A DNA stretch of 64,000 bases from an uncultured Acidobacteriota bacterium. Its GTDB lineage: Bacteria > Acidobacteriota > Thermoanaerobaculia > Multivoradales > SZUA-115. The notes beneath the pieces are model-generated. The model did no database searches and was not told the DNA's origin. It saw only the letters and a program-made list of their open reading frames with translations. The position numbers and the translations under genes were made by a program. The DNA lies in the NCBI GenBank assembly GCA_963805975.1, contig CAWDVR010000002.1:320001-384000 (forward strand). Direction: 5' to 3'. Below, piece after piece: positions 44,527-53,645 of this stretch (the stretch's first letter is position 1; every line of letters starts with the position of its first letter).

Positions 44527-44625
44527 GGATCGAGAGAAAGTTGTTCAGAGCGAGCACGATGGGAAGAGCAATACTCGGCTTCGTGTCCGTCCAATGCCGG
44601 GTAGACATATGGGAATCTCATCGCC

Positions 44626-45672
44626 ATGAAACTCTCTAGAGTGCCGGCGCGCCCCGGCTGCCCCTCCGCCGAGGACCTGGCAGCCTTCGTCGACGGCCGC
44701 CTCCAGGGCCTCCAGCGGGAGCGCATCCTGGAGCACCTCGCCTCCTGCGAGGACTGCTACCAGGTGTTCGCTGGCGTGGTCGACTTCCAGGAGCAGGAGG
44801 GGGAGGATGGAGACTCTGCCGGCGAGCATCAAGGAATGCAGGCGGAGGTCGTCCCCTTTCCGCAGGCGCCGGCAGGCTCGCCGGTGAGGCGACGGTTCCG
44901 TGGCATGCCGGCGCTGCGCTGGGCTGCCTGCCTGTCGGTCGGTGTGGGTGGGGCCCTCCTGAGCTACGCCTACTTCGCGGTGCCTCCCCACCTCACCACC
45001 CGCGGGCTTCTGGCGTCTCGGGAAGCCAGTCCGGCCTCACTCCAGGGCGAATCGTGGCTCGAGAACAACACGGACCGAGGGCCGGGCGCCATTCCTTCGG
45101 GTGGCGCAGCCGCGTTCATGCTCGGGGTCTATTGGACAGATCTCGAGGCGGCCGCGATCTCGGGCGACTTCAGGATGCTGCCCGAGATCGCCAGGAGGAT
45201 CCATGGCCTGGTGGCGGAAACCACGGTGGACGGGAGAGCCGAGGAGGCCCTGGTCTATGGCCTGGACCCCGAGGTGGTCTTGCTGGTGAAGAGGCTCGCG
45301 GAACAGCCCGCCACGCAGTCCGTGCCCGCGCTCCGGCAGGAGCTGGACAAGGCGGAGCGGCGGATCGACACTTTTTCCAAGCGCGAAGAGTGGCCCGAGG
45401 TCACACGGGGCAAGTGGGCCGCGGCCGGCTGGCTGGCGGCCAAGGCCGGGGATGCGGCGTTTTTCGCCGAGTCCAGGAACCGCCGCTACCTTGCATGGCT
45501 GCTTCGCCGGAGCGAGGCGCTCTTTCTCCCCGAGGAGGAGGTGGCGGAGCTGGCGGCGATCCAGACGGCGATCCGCAGTGCGGCGCCCGAGGCGCCTCCT
45601 TACCAGGAGCTCGTGGAGAGGTTCGAGAGGGTCATCAACTACTACGCCAACGACCTGGACGCTCCGTACTGA
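44626..45672 (+). CDS. zf-HC2 (ZAS) anti-sigma factor with TM and helical C-terminal domain
   Basis: CPSAEDLAAFVDGRL..EHLASCEDC (HxxxCxxC); TM WAACLSVGVGGALLSYAYF; follows the sigma gene. Confidence 0.8.
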   Translation: MKLSRVPARPGCPSAEDLAAFVDGRLQGLQRERILEHLASCEDCYQVFAGVVDFQEQEGEDGDSAGEHQGMQAEVVPFPQAPAGSPVRRRFRGMPALRWAACLSVGVGGALLSYAYFAVPPHLTTRGLLASREASPASLQGESWLENNTDRGPGAIPSGGAAAFMLGVYWTDLEAAAISGDFRMLPEIARRIHGLVAETTVDGRAEEALVYGLDPEVVLLVKRLAEQPATQSVPALRQELDKAERRIDTFSKREEWPEVTRGKWAAAGWLAAKAGDAAFFAESRNRRYLAWLLRRSEALFLPEEEVAELAAIQTAIRSAAPEAPPYQELVERFERVINYYANDLDAPY

Positions 45673-45726
45673 ATCGGGCCGCGCCATGAAAGCCGCGGCG
45701 TCCGCCGTCTCCGTTATGATCCCGGC

Positions 45727-45981
45727 ATGCCCCCTCCGACAGGAAACCCGCTCACCGGCTGGCTGATGGGCATGGCGGCGCGGCTGCGCTTTCCGCAGCT
45801 CTTCGGCCTGCTCGCGACGCTCTTCTTCTTCGATCTCCTGATCCCGGACCTGATCCCGTTCGTGGACGAGCTGCTGCTCGGTCTGCTGACGCTCGTCGTC
45901 GGATCCCTGCGCAAGGGCCGCGAGGTGCAGACCCCGGCGGCCGAGCCGCTCGTCAAGAACGTCACCCCGCCGCAGGGCTGA
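45727..45981 (+). CDS. Small membrane protein (DUF6116-like)
   Basis: RLRFPQLF..DLLIPDLIPFVDELLLGL. Confidence 0.7.
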   Translation: MPPPTGNPLTGWLMGMAARLRFPQLFGLLATLFFFDLLIPDLIPFVDELLLGLLTLVVGSLRKGREVQTPAAEPLVKNVTPPQG

Positions 45982-45983
45982 GC

Positions 45984-47369
45984 ATGGCGAGGCCGGGAGT
46001 CGGCGCGCTACTCGCCTTCTGGATCGTGGCCTGGCCCGCCTCCGCCGAGCGGCTGACGCCCGCGCGGGCGGCCGAGATGGCGCTCGCCACCCACCCCTCG
46101 GTGGCCGCCGCCCGCGCCGAGCGGCAGGCCAGCGCGGCCGAGCACGACGAGTCGCGGGCCCTGTTTCGGCCGGTGGTCCAGCTCGGCGTTGCAGCGACCC
46201 AGTACGAAGAGCCCTCGCTGGCCTCGCCGATCCACGGCTTCCGGCCCGATCTCTTCCCCACCTTCGACACGACCCTCTACCAGCCCTCGGTCCGCGCCAG
46301 CTACACGCTCTTCGACGGCGGTGCGCGCCGCGCCCGCCGGGAGCAGACCGCGGCACAGGTGGAGCGCGCCGGGGCACGCTTGGCGGCCGAGGAACAGGCG
46401 CTCGTCGCCCGCGTGGCGCGGGCCTACCTCCAGGTACTGAGCCTGGCCGAGGTGTTGGCCGCGGACGGCGCACGTCTCGAGGCCCTGGGCCTGGAGCGGG
46501 ACCGCGCCGGCAAGCTCTTCGCGGCAGGCCGGGCGGCGGAGGTGGAAGTGAAACGCGGCGATGCCGCCTTCGCCGCCGCCGAGGCCGAGCGCGCCGCCCG
46601 CGCCGCCCGCCTCGACCAGACGGAGCGCACGCTCGCCCGGCTGATCGGCGTCGAGACCGAAGCCGCCCGCGCTCCCCTGCTTTCACCCGTGACGCTCGGC
46701 GGAGCGCCAGGCGGGCGGCTCGAGGTGGCACTCGCCGGGCCGGCACGCGAGGATCTCGAGCGCCGCGCCCGCGAGGAGAGCTCCAACGCAAGGGCGGCGC
46801 GGGAGAGCGCCGCCGTCGCCGAGGCCGCCGTGGCGCAAGCCACAGCCGCCAGGCGCCCCAGCGTGCAGCTCGTGGGCAACGAGGTGGGCTACGGCAGCGC
46901 GGAAGGCGACTTCACGGCCGAGTGGAGCGCCGGCTTCCAGCTCTCCTTTCCCCTCTTCACCGGCGGCGCCACCGCCGCCCGCCTGGCCCGGGCCGAGGCC
47001 CTCTCGACCGCCGCCCGCGAGCAGGTGCGCGCGGCGGAGCTCGCGGCGCTCTCCGAGCTCGACGCCGCTCTGACCGCCGAGGCCGAAGCCCTGGCCCGAG
47101 CCGCGAGCCTGGCGGCGGCGGTGGCCAGCTTCGCCGAGGTGGCCCGTATCGAGAAGCTCCGTCTCGACGCCGAGGCCGGCACGCAGAGCGATTACCTGGA
47201 CGCCGAGGCCGACCTGCTCGGAGCGCGAGCCGCCTGGGTGGAGGCTCGGTATGCCGCGCTGGCGGCACGGGTGGAGGTGGCCCGGGCCGTCGGCGGGCTC
47301 GACCCGGCCTGGCTGGCGGTGAACCTCCAGGCCGAACCCATCTTGGCTGCTCCGGAGGCCCCGCCGTGA
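45984..47369 (+). CDS. TolC-family outer membrane efflux protein
   Basis: Signal peptide, ALATHPSV, SYTLFDGG, LSFPLFTGG, DYLDAE. Confidence 0.88.
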   Translation: MARPGVGALLAFWIVAWPASAERLTPARAAEMALATHPSVAAARAERQASAAEHDESRALFRPVVQLGVAATQYEEPSLASPIHGFRPDLFPTFDTTLYQPSVRASYTLFDGGARRARREQTAAQVERAGARLAAEEQALVARVARAYLQVLSLAEVLAADGARLEALGLERDRAGKLFAAGRAAEVEVKRGDAAFAAAEAERAARAARLDQTERTLARLIGVETEAARAPLLSPVTLGGAPGGRLEVALAGPAREDLERRAREESSNARAARESAAVAEAAVAQATAARRPSVQLVGNEVGYGSAEGDFTAEWSAGFQLSFPLFTGGATAARLARAEALSTAAREQVRAAELAALSELDAALTAEAEALARAASLAAAVASFAEVARIEKLRLDAEAGTQSDYLDAEADLLGARAAWVEARYAALAARVEVARAVGGLDPAWLAVNLQAEPILAAPEAPP

Positions 47370-48370
47370 AACGACGCCTGCCGATCGTGATCCTGCTTCT
47401 CGCCGTGGCCGGGGCCGCGTACCTCTGGTGGCAGCGGCGACAGGCGGCGGGCGAGGACGACACCGGGCTCGTCGCCTCGGGCACCGTCGAGGCGACCGAG
47501 GCCCAGCTCGGCTTCGAAGCCGGAGGCCGGATCGCGGAGATCCGGGTGCGCGAGGGCGACCAGGTCGCTGCCGGCGAGCAGATCGCGCGCCTCGAAGGCA
47601 GCGAGACGGAGGCACGGCACCGCCAGGCCGAGGCCCAGCTCGAGGCGGCCAGGGCCCGGCTGGCCGAGATCGAGGCCGGCTCCCGCCGCGAGGAAGTGGC
47701 CCAGGCCGCGGCAGCGGTGGACGGAGCGCGGGTGCGGGTGGAGAACGCCGAGAGCGAGCTGGCGCGGGCCGAGCGCCTGCTGGCGGGAGGCGCCATCAGC
47801 CGCGAGGCCTACGACCGCGCGCTCACGGCGCAGAAGGTGGCGGCGAGCGAGGTGGAGCGCGCCGGCGAGCAGCTCGCACTGCTGCGCCGCGGCGCCCGCC
47901 GCGAGACGATCGCCGCACAGGCTGCCCAGGTGGCCCAGGCCGAGGCCGCGCTCGCCGGCACCCAGGCGGTGATCGAGAAGCTGACGCTCGAGGCGCCGTT
48001 CGCCGGCCGGGTCACCGTGCGCCACCGCGAGCCGGGAGAGACCGCGGCGCCGGGGGCGCCGGTGGTCACGCTGCTCGACCCCGCCGACCGCTGGGTGCGG
48101 ATCTACGTGCCCGAGACCCGCATCGGCGCCGTGCACCTGGGCACGCGCGCCGAGATCCTGTCCGACACCTTCCCCGGCAAGCCCTACGCCGGGGAGGTGG
48201 TGTTCATCGCCTCGGAAGCGGAGTTCACGCCGAAGAGCGTGCAGACGCAGGAAGAGCGGGTGCGGCTGGTGTATGCCGCCAAGGTACGGGTGGAGGGCGA
48301 CCCCGCCTTCGAGCTCAAGCCCGGCATGCCGGTCGACGTGCGACTGGCGCTGGCCGGGCCCTCACCGTAG
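47366..48370 (+). CDS. HlyD-family periplasmic adaptor (YbhG-like)
   Basis: GTGA overlap with tolC; TM; SGTVEA, GGRIAEIRVREGD, AEFTPKSVQT, LKPGMPVDV. Confidence 0.9.
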   Translation: MKRRLPIVILLLAVAGAAYLWWQRRQAAGEDDTGLVASGTVEATEAQLGFEAGGRIAEIRVREGDQVAAGEQIARLEGSETEARHRQAEAQLEAARARLAEIEAGSRREEVAQAAAAVDGARVRVENAESELARAERLLAGGAISREAYDRALTAQKVAASEVERAGEQLALLRRGARRETIAAQAAQVAQAEAALAGTQAVIEKLTLEAPFAGRVTVRHREPGETAAPGAPVVTLLDPADRWVRIYVPETRIGAVHLGTRAEILSDTFPGKPYAGEVVFIASEAEFTPKSVQTQEERVRLVYAAKVRVEGDPAFELKPGMPVDVRLALAGPSP

Positions 48371-48392
48371 GGGCGACCCTCGTGGTCGCCCC
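48367..48392 (+). repeat. GTAG-type REP palindrome
   Basis: GTAG-GGGCGACC-CTCGT-GGTCGCCC; its TAG serves as the hlyD stop codon. Confidence 0.7.
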
Positions 48393-48421
48393 ACCCCCAT
48401 CGATCGGCGGCGGCTTCTCGC

Positions 48422-49351
48422 CTACACCTCGCCCGGCGTCGAGGTGGGGGCGCCGTTGTTGCCGTTGCCGTCGACCCGGTTGTTGCCGAACGAGATGATC
48501 TGCCCGCTACCCACCGCCTGCAGACCGTTGCCGTTGTTGACCGAGGTCACGCCGCTGACGCGCACGATGGCGTTCAGGCCCTCGGAACGCACGCCGGCGT
48601 TGGAGTTGCCCGAGGCGATGGACGATTCGAGGTTCATCTCCACGGCGGCCGAGGTCGAGATCGCGACGAAGCCGTTGGTGGTGGCGCCCGAGGACACGGA
48701 GTTGCTCACCGTCACCTCGGTGCGGTCCTCGACCCGCACGCCGTAGCGGTTGTTGTCGACGTTCACACGGTCGAGGCTGGCGATGAGCGAGCCGGTCGCG
48801 GTCGGCTTGAGCAGTATGCCGCCGCCCGAGACGCCGTTGTTGTTGCGCACCACGGTGTTGACCACGTAGAGCTCCGCGGCGGTGCTCGGCTCGGCGTCGA
48901 TACCGACGCCGGTGAAGCCCTGGATCGCGCAGTTCTCGACGTGCAGCGTCCCGCCGGCGAGGAAGCGGATGCCGTTGATGCCGTTGCCGGCGCCCTCGAT
49001 GACCAGCCCGCGGAGAGTGACGTTGGAGCCGGCCGGGGCGTTGATGATCACGCCGTTGACGAGCGAGGCCAGGATGCCGCCTTCGGAGCCGTCGGCGACG
49101 ATGGAGATCGACTTGGTGATGTTCACCGCGCCGAAACCGCCGGGGTCGAGGACGCTGATCTCACCGCCGGTGGCGGTCTTGGAGATGGCGCCCGCAAAGG
49201 TCTTGCAGGGTGCCGTGCGGCTGCACGGGTTGGCATCGTTGCCGACGCCCGAGACCCAGGTCCGGGTGGCCTGGGCCTGGGCGCCCGAGGCAAAGGCGAG
49301 CAAGGCGAGACCGGCGAGCACAACGGTGAGCAGCTTGGTACGAGAGAGCAT
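48422..49351 (-). CDS. Exported right-handed beta-helix repeat protein, copy A
   Basis: Signal peptide AQA; TWVSGVGND.NPCSRTAPCKTFAGA; Asn/Gly-rich parallel beta-helix repeats. Confidence 0.88.
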   Translation of the reverse strand: MLSRTKLLTVVLAGLALLAFASGAQAQATRTWVSGVGNDANPCSRTAPCKTFAGAISKTATGGEISVLDPGGFGAVNITKSISIVADGSEGGILASLVNGVIINAPAGSNVTLRGLVIEGAGNGINGIRFLAGGTLHVENCAIQGFTGVGIDAEPSTAAELYVVNTVVRNNNGVSGGGILLKPTATGSLIASLDRVNVDNNRYGVRVEDRTEVTVSNSVSSGATTNGFVAISTSAAVEMNLESSIASGNSNAGVRSEGLNAIVRVSGVTSVNNGNGLQAVGSGQIISFGNNRVDGNGNNGAPTSTPGEV

Positions 49352-49451
49352 GGGAACCTCCTTGGGTTGGTTGGGTAGCGGAAGGCCGATACGCGTGGGT
49401 TAGGCCCACGAGGGGCCCATCCGTTACCCGAGAGTGTGAGTGGTTTCTTAC

Positions 49452-50381
49452 CTATACCTCGCCCGGCGTCGAGGTGGGGGCGCCGTTGTTGCCGTTGCCG
49501 TCGACCCGGTTGTTGCCGAACGAGATGATCTGCCCGCTACCCACCGCCTGCAGACCGTTGCCGTTGTTGACCGAGGTCACGCCGCTGACGCGCACGATGG
49601 CATTCAGGCCCTCGGAGCGCACGCCGGCGTTGGCGTTGCCCGAGGCGACGGACGATTCGAGGTTCATCTCCACGGCGGCCGAGGTCGAGATCGCAACGAA
49701 GCCGTTGGTGGTGGCACCCGAGGACACGGAGTTGCTCACCGTCACTTCGGTACGGTCCTCCACCCGCACACCATAGCGGCTGTTGTTGACGTTCACGCGG
49801 TCGAGATGAGCGATCAGCGAGCCGGTCGCGGTCGGTTTCAAGAGGATGGCGCCGCCCGAGGCGCCATTGTTGTTGCGCACCACGGTGTTGACCACGTAGA
49901 GCTCCGCGGCGGTGCTCGGCTGGGCGTCGATGCCCACGCCGTTGAAGCCCTGGATCGCGCAGTTCTCGATGTGCAGCGTCCCGCCGGCGAGGAAGCGGAT
50001 GCCGTTGAGGCCGTTGCCGGCGCCCTCGATGACCAGCCCGCGGAGCGTGACGTTCGTACCGGCCGGGGCGTTGATGATGACGCCGTTGGTGAGCGAGGCC
50101 AGGATGCCGCCCTCGGAGCCGTCGGCGACGATGGAGATCGACTTGGTGATGGTCACCGCACCGAAACCGCCGGGGTCGAGGACGCTGATCTCGCCGCCGG
50201 CGGCGGTCTTGGAGATAGCGCCCGAGAAGGTCTTGCAGGGCGCCGTGCGGCTGCACGGGTTGATGTCGTCGCCCACCCCCGAGACCCAGGTCCGGGTGGC
50301 CTGGGCCTGGGCGCCCGAGGCGAAGGCGAGCAAGGCAAGGCCGGCGAGCACGACGGTGAGCAGCTTGGCGCGAGAGAGCAT
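49452..50381 (-). CDS. Exported right-handed beta-helix repeat protein, copy B
   Basis: 309 aa, collinear and near-identical to copy A. Confidence 0.88.
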   Translation of the reverse strand: MLSRAKLLTVVLAGLALLAFASGAQAQATRTWVSGVGDDINPCSRTAPCKTFSGAISKTAAGGEISVLDPGGFGAVTITKSISIVADGSEGGILASLTNGVIINAPAGTNVTLRGLVIEGAGNGLNGIRFLAGGTLHIENCAIQGFNGVGIDAQPSTAAELYVVNTVVRNNNGASGGAILLKPTATGSLIAHLDRVNVNNSRYGVRVEDRTEVTVSNSVSSGATTNGFVAISTSAAVEMNLESSVASGNANAGVRSEGLNAIVRVSGVTSVNNGNGLQAVGSGQIISFGNNRVDGNGNNGAPTSTPGEV

Positions 50382-50601
50382 GGAAGAATCTCCTTGAGTT
50401 TGGTTGCGTAGCGGAAGGCCGGTGCGCCTGGATCAGGCTCGCGCGAGGCCCGGCCGTTACCGAGGAGTGTGGGGCACGCCGAGGAAGGGCGAAACCCTCC
50501 TAAGAGGAGGTAGCCAGCCCCCCCAAAAGGGAGGGCAGAAGAGACCCAACCCCACCCTCGCCCACAAGCGGGAGGAGGGGCGGGAAGGATGGGGGAGCTG
50601 C

Positions 50602-51543
50602 CTAGATCTGCGGAGGCACGAGCGTCGTGGTCGGCGCGCCGTTGTTGACCGTGTTGCCCTGCGACCGGTTGTTGCCGAAGGAGATGATCTGGCTGCCGCC
50701 CACGCTCTGCAGACCGTTCGAGTTGTCGACCGACATCACGTTAGAGATCCGCACGGTGGCCTGCGCGTTCTCGGCGCGCACGCCCGCGGTGCCGTTGTTG
50801 GCGGCCACCGAGCTTTCGAGGTTGAGCTCCACGGCACCGGCCACGGTCGAGATGGCCAGGAAGCCGTTGCCCGAGTTGCCGGCGGCGGTGCTGTTGCGTA
50901 CCGTCACCTTGCTGCGGTCCTCGACCCGCAACCCGAAGCGGTTGTTGTGCATCCGCACGTTGTCGAGAAATGCAGCGGCCGAGCCGGCGAGGCCCGGCTT
51001 GACGAGGATGCCGCCACCCGAGGCGCCGTTGTTGTTGCGCACCACGGTGTCCGTCACGAAGAGCTCGGAGACGCCCGCTGGCTCGAAGTCGATGCCGACT
51101 CCGTTGGTGGCCGTGATCACGCAACCCTCGACGTGGAGGGCGCCGCCGGCGATGAAGCGGACGCCGTTGATGCCGGTGCCGAAGCCTTCGATGATCAGGC
51201 CGCGGATGGTGACGACGTCGTTGACGCCGGCGTTGACGATCACGCCGGTGGTGCCGGCGGACAGAATGCCGCCCTCGTCGCTCGCGGCGACGATCGAGAT
51301 CGACTTGGTGACGGTCACGCCTCCGAAGCCGCCGGGGTCGAGGACGCTGATCTCACCGCCGGCGGCGGTCTTGGAGATCGCGCCCGCGAAGGTCTTGCAG
51401 GGCGCCGTGCGGCTGCACGGGTTGGCGTCGTCGCCCACGCCCGAGACCCAGGTGCGGGAGGCCTGGGCCTGGGCGCCCGAGGCGAAGGCGAGCAGTGCGA
51501 GCACGGCCAGCAGAGTGGTGAACAGCGTCGAACGGGTACGCAT
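50602..51543 (-). CDS. Exported right-handed beta-helix repeat protein, copy C
   Basis: AAGGAGG SD with ATG 51543; more diverged paralog of copies A and B. Confidence 0.88.
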   Translation of the reverse strand: MRTRSTLFTTLLAVLALLAFASGAQAQASRTWVSGVGDDANPCSRTAPCKTFAGAISKTAAGGEISVLDPGGFGGVTVTKSISIVAASDEGGILSAGTTGVIVNAGVNDVVTIRGLIIEGFGTGINGVRFIAGGALHVEGCVITATNGVGIDFEPAGVSELFVTDTVVRNNNGASGGGILVKPGLAGSAAAFLDNVRMHNNRFGLRVEDRSKVTVRNSTAAGNSGNGFLAISTVAGAVELNLESSVAANNGTAGVRAENAQATVRISNVMSVDNSNGLQSVGGSQIISFGNNRSQGNTVNNGAPTTTLVPPQI

Positions 51544-51772
51544 GGGGACCTCCTTCAGGTTGCAGTCGTATCGGGTGGACGTTCTGGTACCGGCCCCGAG
51601 CCGGTTTGAAGCCGCCTGCCGGCGGCGAGTACACAGAGGGCGGCAAGAAAGATGCTCGATCCTCCCGTGGGATCCCCCTAAGCTGCCACAGCGTAGGTCC
51701 GGCGTCAAGGGATATTCGCGGCCCGTTCCGGCCGAGAAGGGTGGGGGACGCCCGCTGCTAGGCTAGCCCGCC

Positions 51773-52702
51773 ATGTCCCCGGCAGTCCGCGTCCAGGGCC
51801 TCACCCGCCGCTTCGGTGCGCAAGCGGCCGTCGACGGCCTCGACTTCGAGGTGGCGCCGGGCGAGCTCTTCGGCCTGGTGGGGCCGGACGGCGCCGGCAA
51901 GACGACCACCCTGCGCATGCTCGCCGGCGTGCTCTCCCCCACCGCCGGCGACGCCCATTTGGCAGGTACGAGCGTGGCGCGCGACCCGGAGGGTGTGAAG
52001 CCGCGGATCGCCTACATGTCGCAGCGCTTCGGCCTCTATGCCGACCTCACGGTGGCCGAGAACCTCGCCTTCTACGCCGACCTCTACCGGGTACCCCGTG
52101 CCGAACGGGCCGAACGGCTCGAGCGCCTCTACCGCTTCTCGAACCTCGATCCCTTCCGCGACCGCCTGGCGGGCAAGCTCTCGGGGGGCATGAAGCAGAA
52201 GCTCGGCCTCTCCTGCGCCCTGATCCACCAGCCGCAGATCCTGCTGCTCGACGAGCCCACTTTCGGGGTCGACCCGGTGTCGCGCCGCGACCTGTGGCTG
52301 ATCCTGCACGAGCGGGTGGCGCAGGGGGTGACGGCGATCGTCTCCACCGCCTACATGGACGAGGCCGAGCGTTTCGACCGCCTGGCCTTCCTCCACCGCG
52401 GTCGGATCCTGGCCCTGGATCGGCCGCAGGCCTTGCAGGCGGCGTTTCCCGGCGAGCTGGTGGCGGTCTCCACCCCAGACCCCCACCGGGCCAAGGGGGT
52501 GGCCCTGGCGGTGCCGGGAGTGCGCCGGGCGGCGGTGTTCGGCGACCGGCTCCATCTCACACTGGAAGCCGGCGGGGGGGCCGGCGGCGAGATCGCCGGG
52601 GCATTCGAGAGCGCCGGCCTCCCCCGGCCCGCCGTCGAGCGCCGGAAGCCGTCGCTCGAGGACGTGTTCATCGAGCTCGCCGCCGGTGCGGAGGGCGCAT
52701 GA
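51773..52702 (+). CDS. ABC transporter ATP-binding protein
   Basis: GPDGAGKTT, LSGGMKQ, LLLDEP. Confidence 0.93.
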   Translation: MSPAVRVQGLTRRFGAQAAVDGLDFEVAPGELFGLVGPDGAGKTTTLRMLAGVLSPTAGDAHLAGTSVARDPEGVKPRIAYMSQRFGLYADLTVAENLAFYADLYRVPRAERAERLERLYRFSNLDPFRDRLAGKLSGGMKQKLGLSCALIHQPQILLLDEPTFGVDPVSRRDLWLILHERVAQGVTAIVSTAYMDEAERFDRLAFLHRGRILALDRPQALQAAFPGELVAVSTPDPHRAKGVALAVPGVRRAAVFGDRLHLTLEAGGGAGGEIAGAFESAGLPRPAVERRKPSLEDVFIELAAGAEGA

Positions 52703-53643
52703 CGGAGGCGGCTGCCGTCGAGGTACACGACCTCACCCGCCGCTTCGGCGAGTTCACGGCCGTCGACGCCGTGACCTTCCGCGTCGAGCGTGGCGAGGTC
52801 TTCGGCTTCCTGGGTCCCAACGGCGCCGGCAAGACGACCACCATCAAGATGCTCACCGGCCTCCTCGCTCCGACCTCCGGCCGCGGGCGGGTGGCGGGCT
52901 TCGACCTCGCCACCGAGACGCAGCAGATCAAATCGCAGATCGGCTACATGTCGCAGCTCTTCTCGCTCTATGCCGATCTCACGGTCGAGGAGAACATCGC
53001 CTTCTTCTCCGGCTTGAACGGTGTGCCGCGCACCCGGCGAGAGGAACGAAAGCGCTGGGTGCTCGAGATGGCGGGCCTCGAGGGCGAGCGCCGGCAGCGG
53101 ACCGGCGAGCTGCCGCTGGGCTGGAAGCAGCGCCTGGCGCTGGGCTGCGCCGTGCTCCACGAGCCGCCCATCCTGTTCCTCGACGAGCCGACCTCGGGCG
53201 TGGACCCGATCTCCCGGCGGCGCTTCTGGGACCTGATCTACGACCTGACGGCCGGTGGCACCACGGTCTTCGTCACCACCCACTACATGGAGGAGGCCGA
53301 GCACTGTCACCGGCTCGCGCTGATGAACCGCGGTCGCCTCATCGCCCTCGACCGCCCGGCCGTGCTCAAGCGCCAGGCTCTGGAGCCGCTGTTCGAGGTG
53401 GAGGCGGACGATCTCGTCCACGCCGTCGAGGTGCTGCAGGAGGCGCCGGGCATCGTACGCGCCGGCATGTTCGGTCGCCTCCTCCATGTCACGGCCGAGC
53501 GTGCCGAGGGCGCCCCCGAGCGCATCCGCCAGGCGCTGGCCGCGGAGGGCGTCGAGGCGCGAGCGATCCGGGCGATCGAGCCTTCGCTCGAGGACGTGTT
53601 CATCGCGCTGGTGGCCAAGGCCGGCGGCGCGGTGGTGGACTGA
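52699..53643 (+). CDS. ABC transporter ATP-binding protein
   Basis: ATGA overlap; GPNGAGKTT, LPLGWKQ, FLDEP, TTHYMEE. Confidence 0.93.
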   Translation: MTEAAAVEVHDLTRRFGEFTAVDAVTFRVERGEVFGFLGPNGAGKTTTIKMLTGLLAPTSGRGRVAGFDLATETQQIKSQIGYMSQLFSLYADLTVEENIAFFSGLNGVPRTRREERKRWVLEMAGLEGERRQRTGELPLGWKQRLALGCAVLHEPPILFLDEPTSGVDPISRRRFWDLIYDLTAGGTTVFVTTHYMEEAEHCHRLALMNRGRLIALDRPAVLKRQALEPLFEVEADDLVHAVEVLQEAPGIVRAGMFGRLLHVTAERAEGAPERIRQALAAEGVEARAIRAIEPSLEDVFIALVAKAGGAVVD

Positions 53644-53645
53644 CC

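Noticed and set aside
49373-49438. c-di-GMP-I riboswitch resemblance (GGCCTAA, GGTAGCGG, GTTACC)
   Set aside because: The motifs are on mixed strands and in the wrong order, and the GNRA-tetraloop stem is missing; kept only as an unassigned structured leader.
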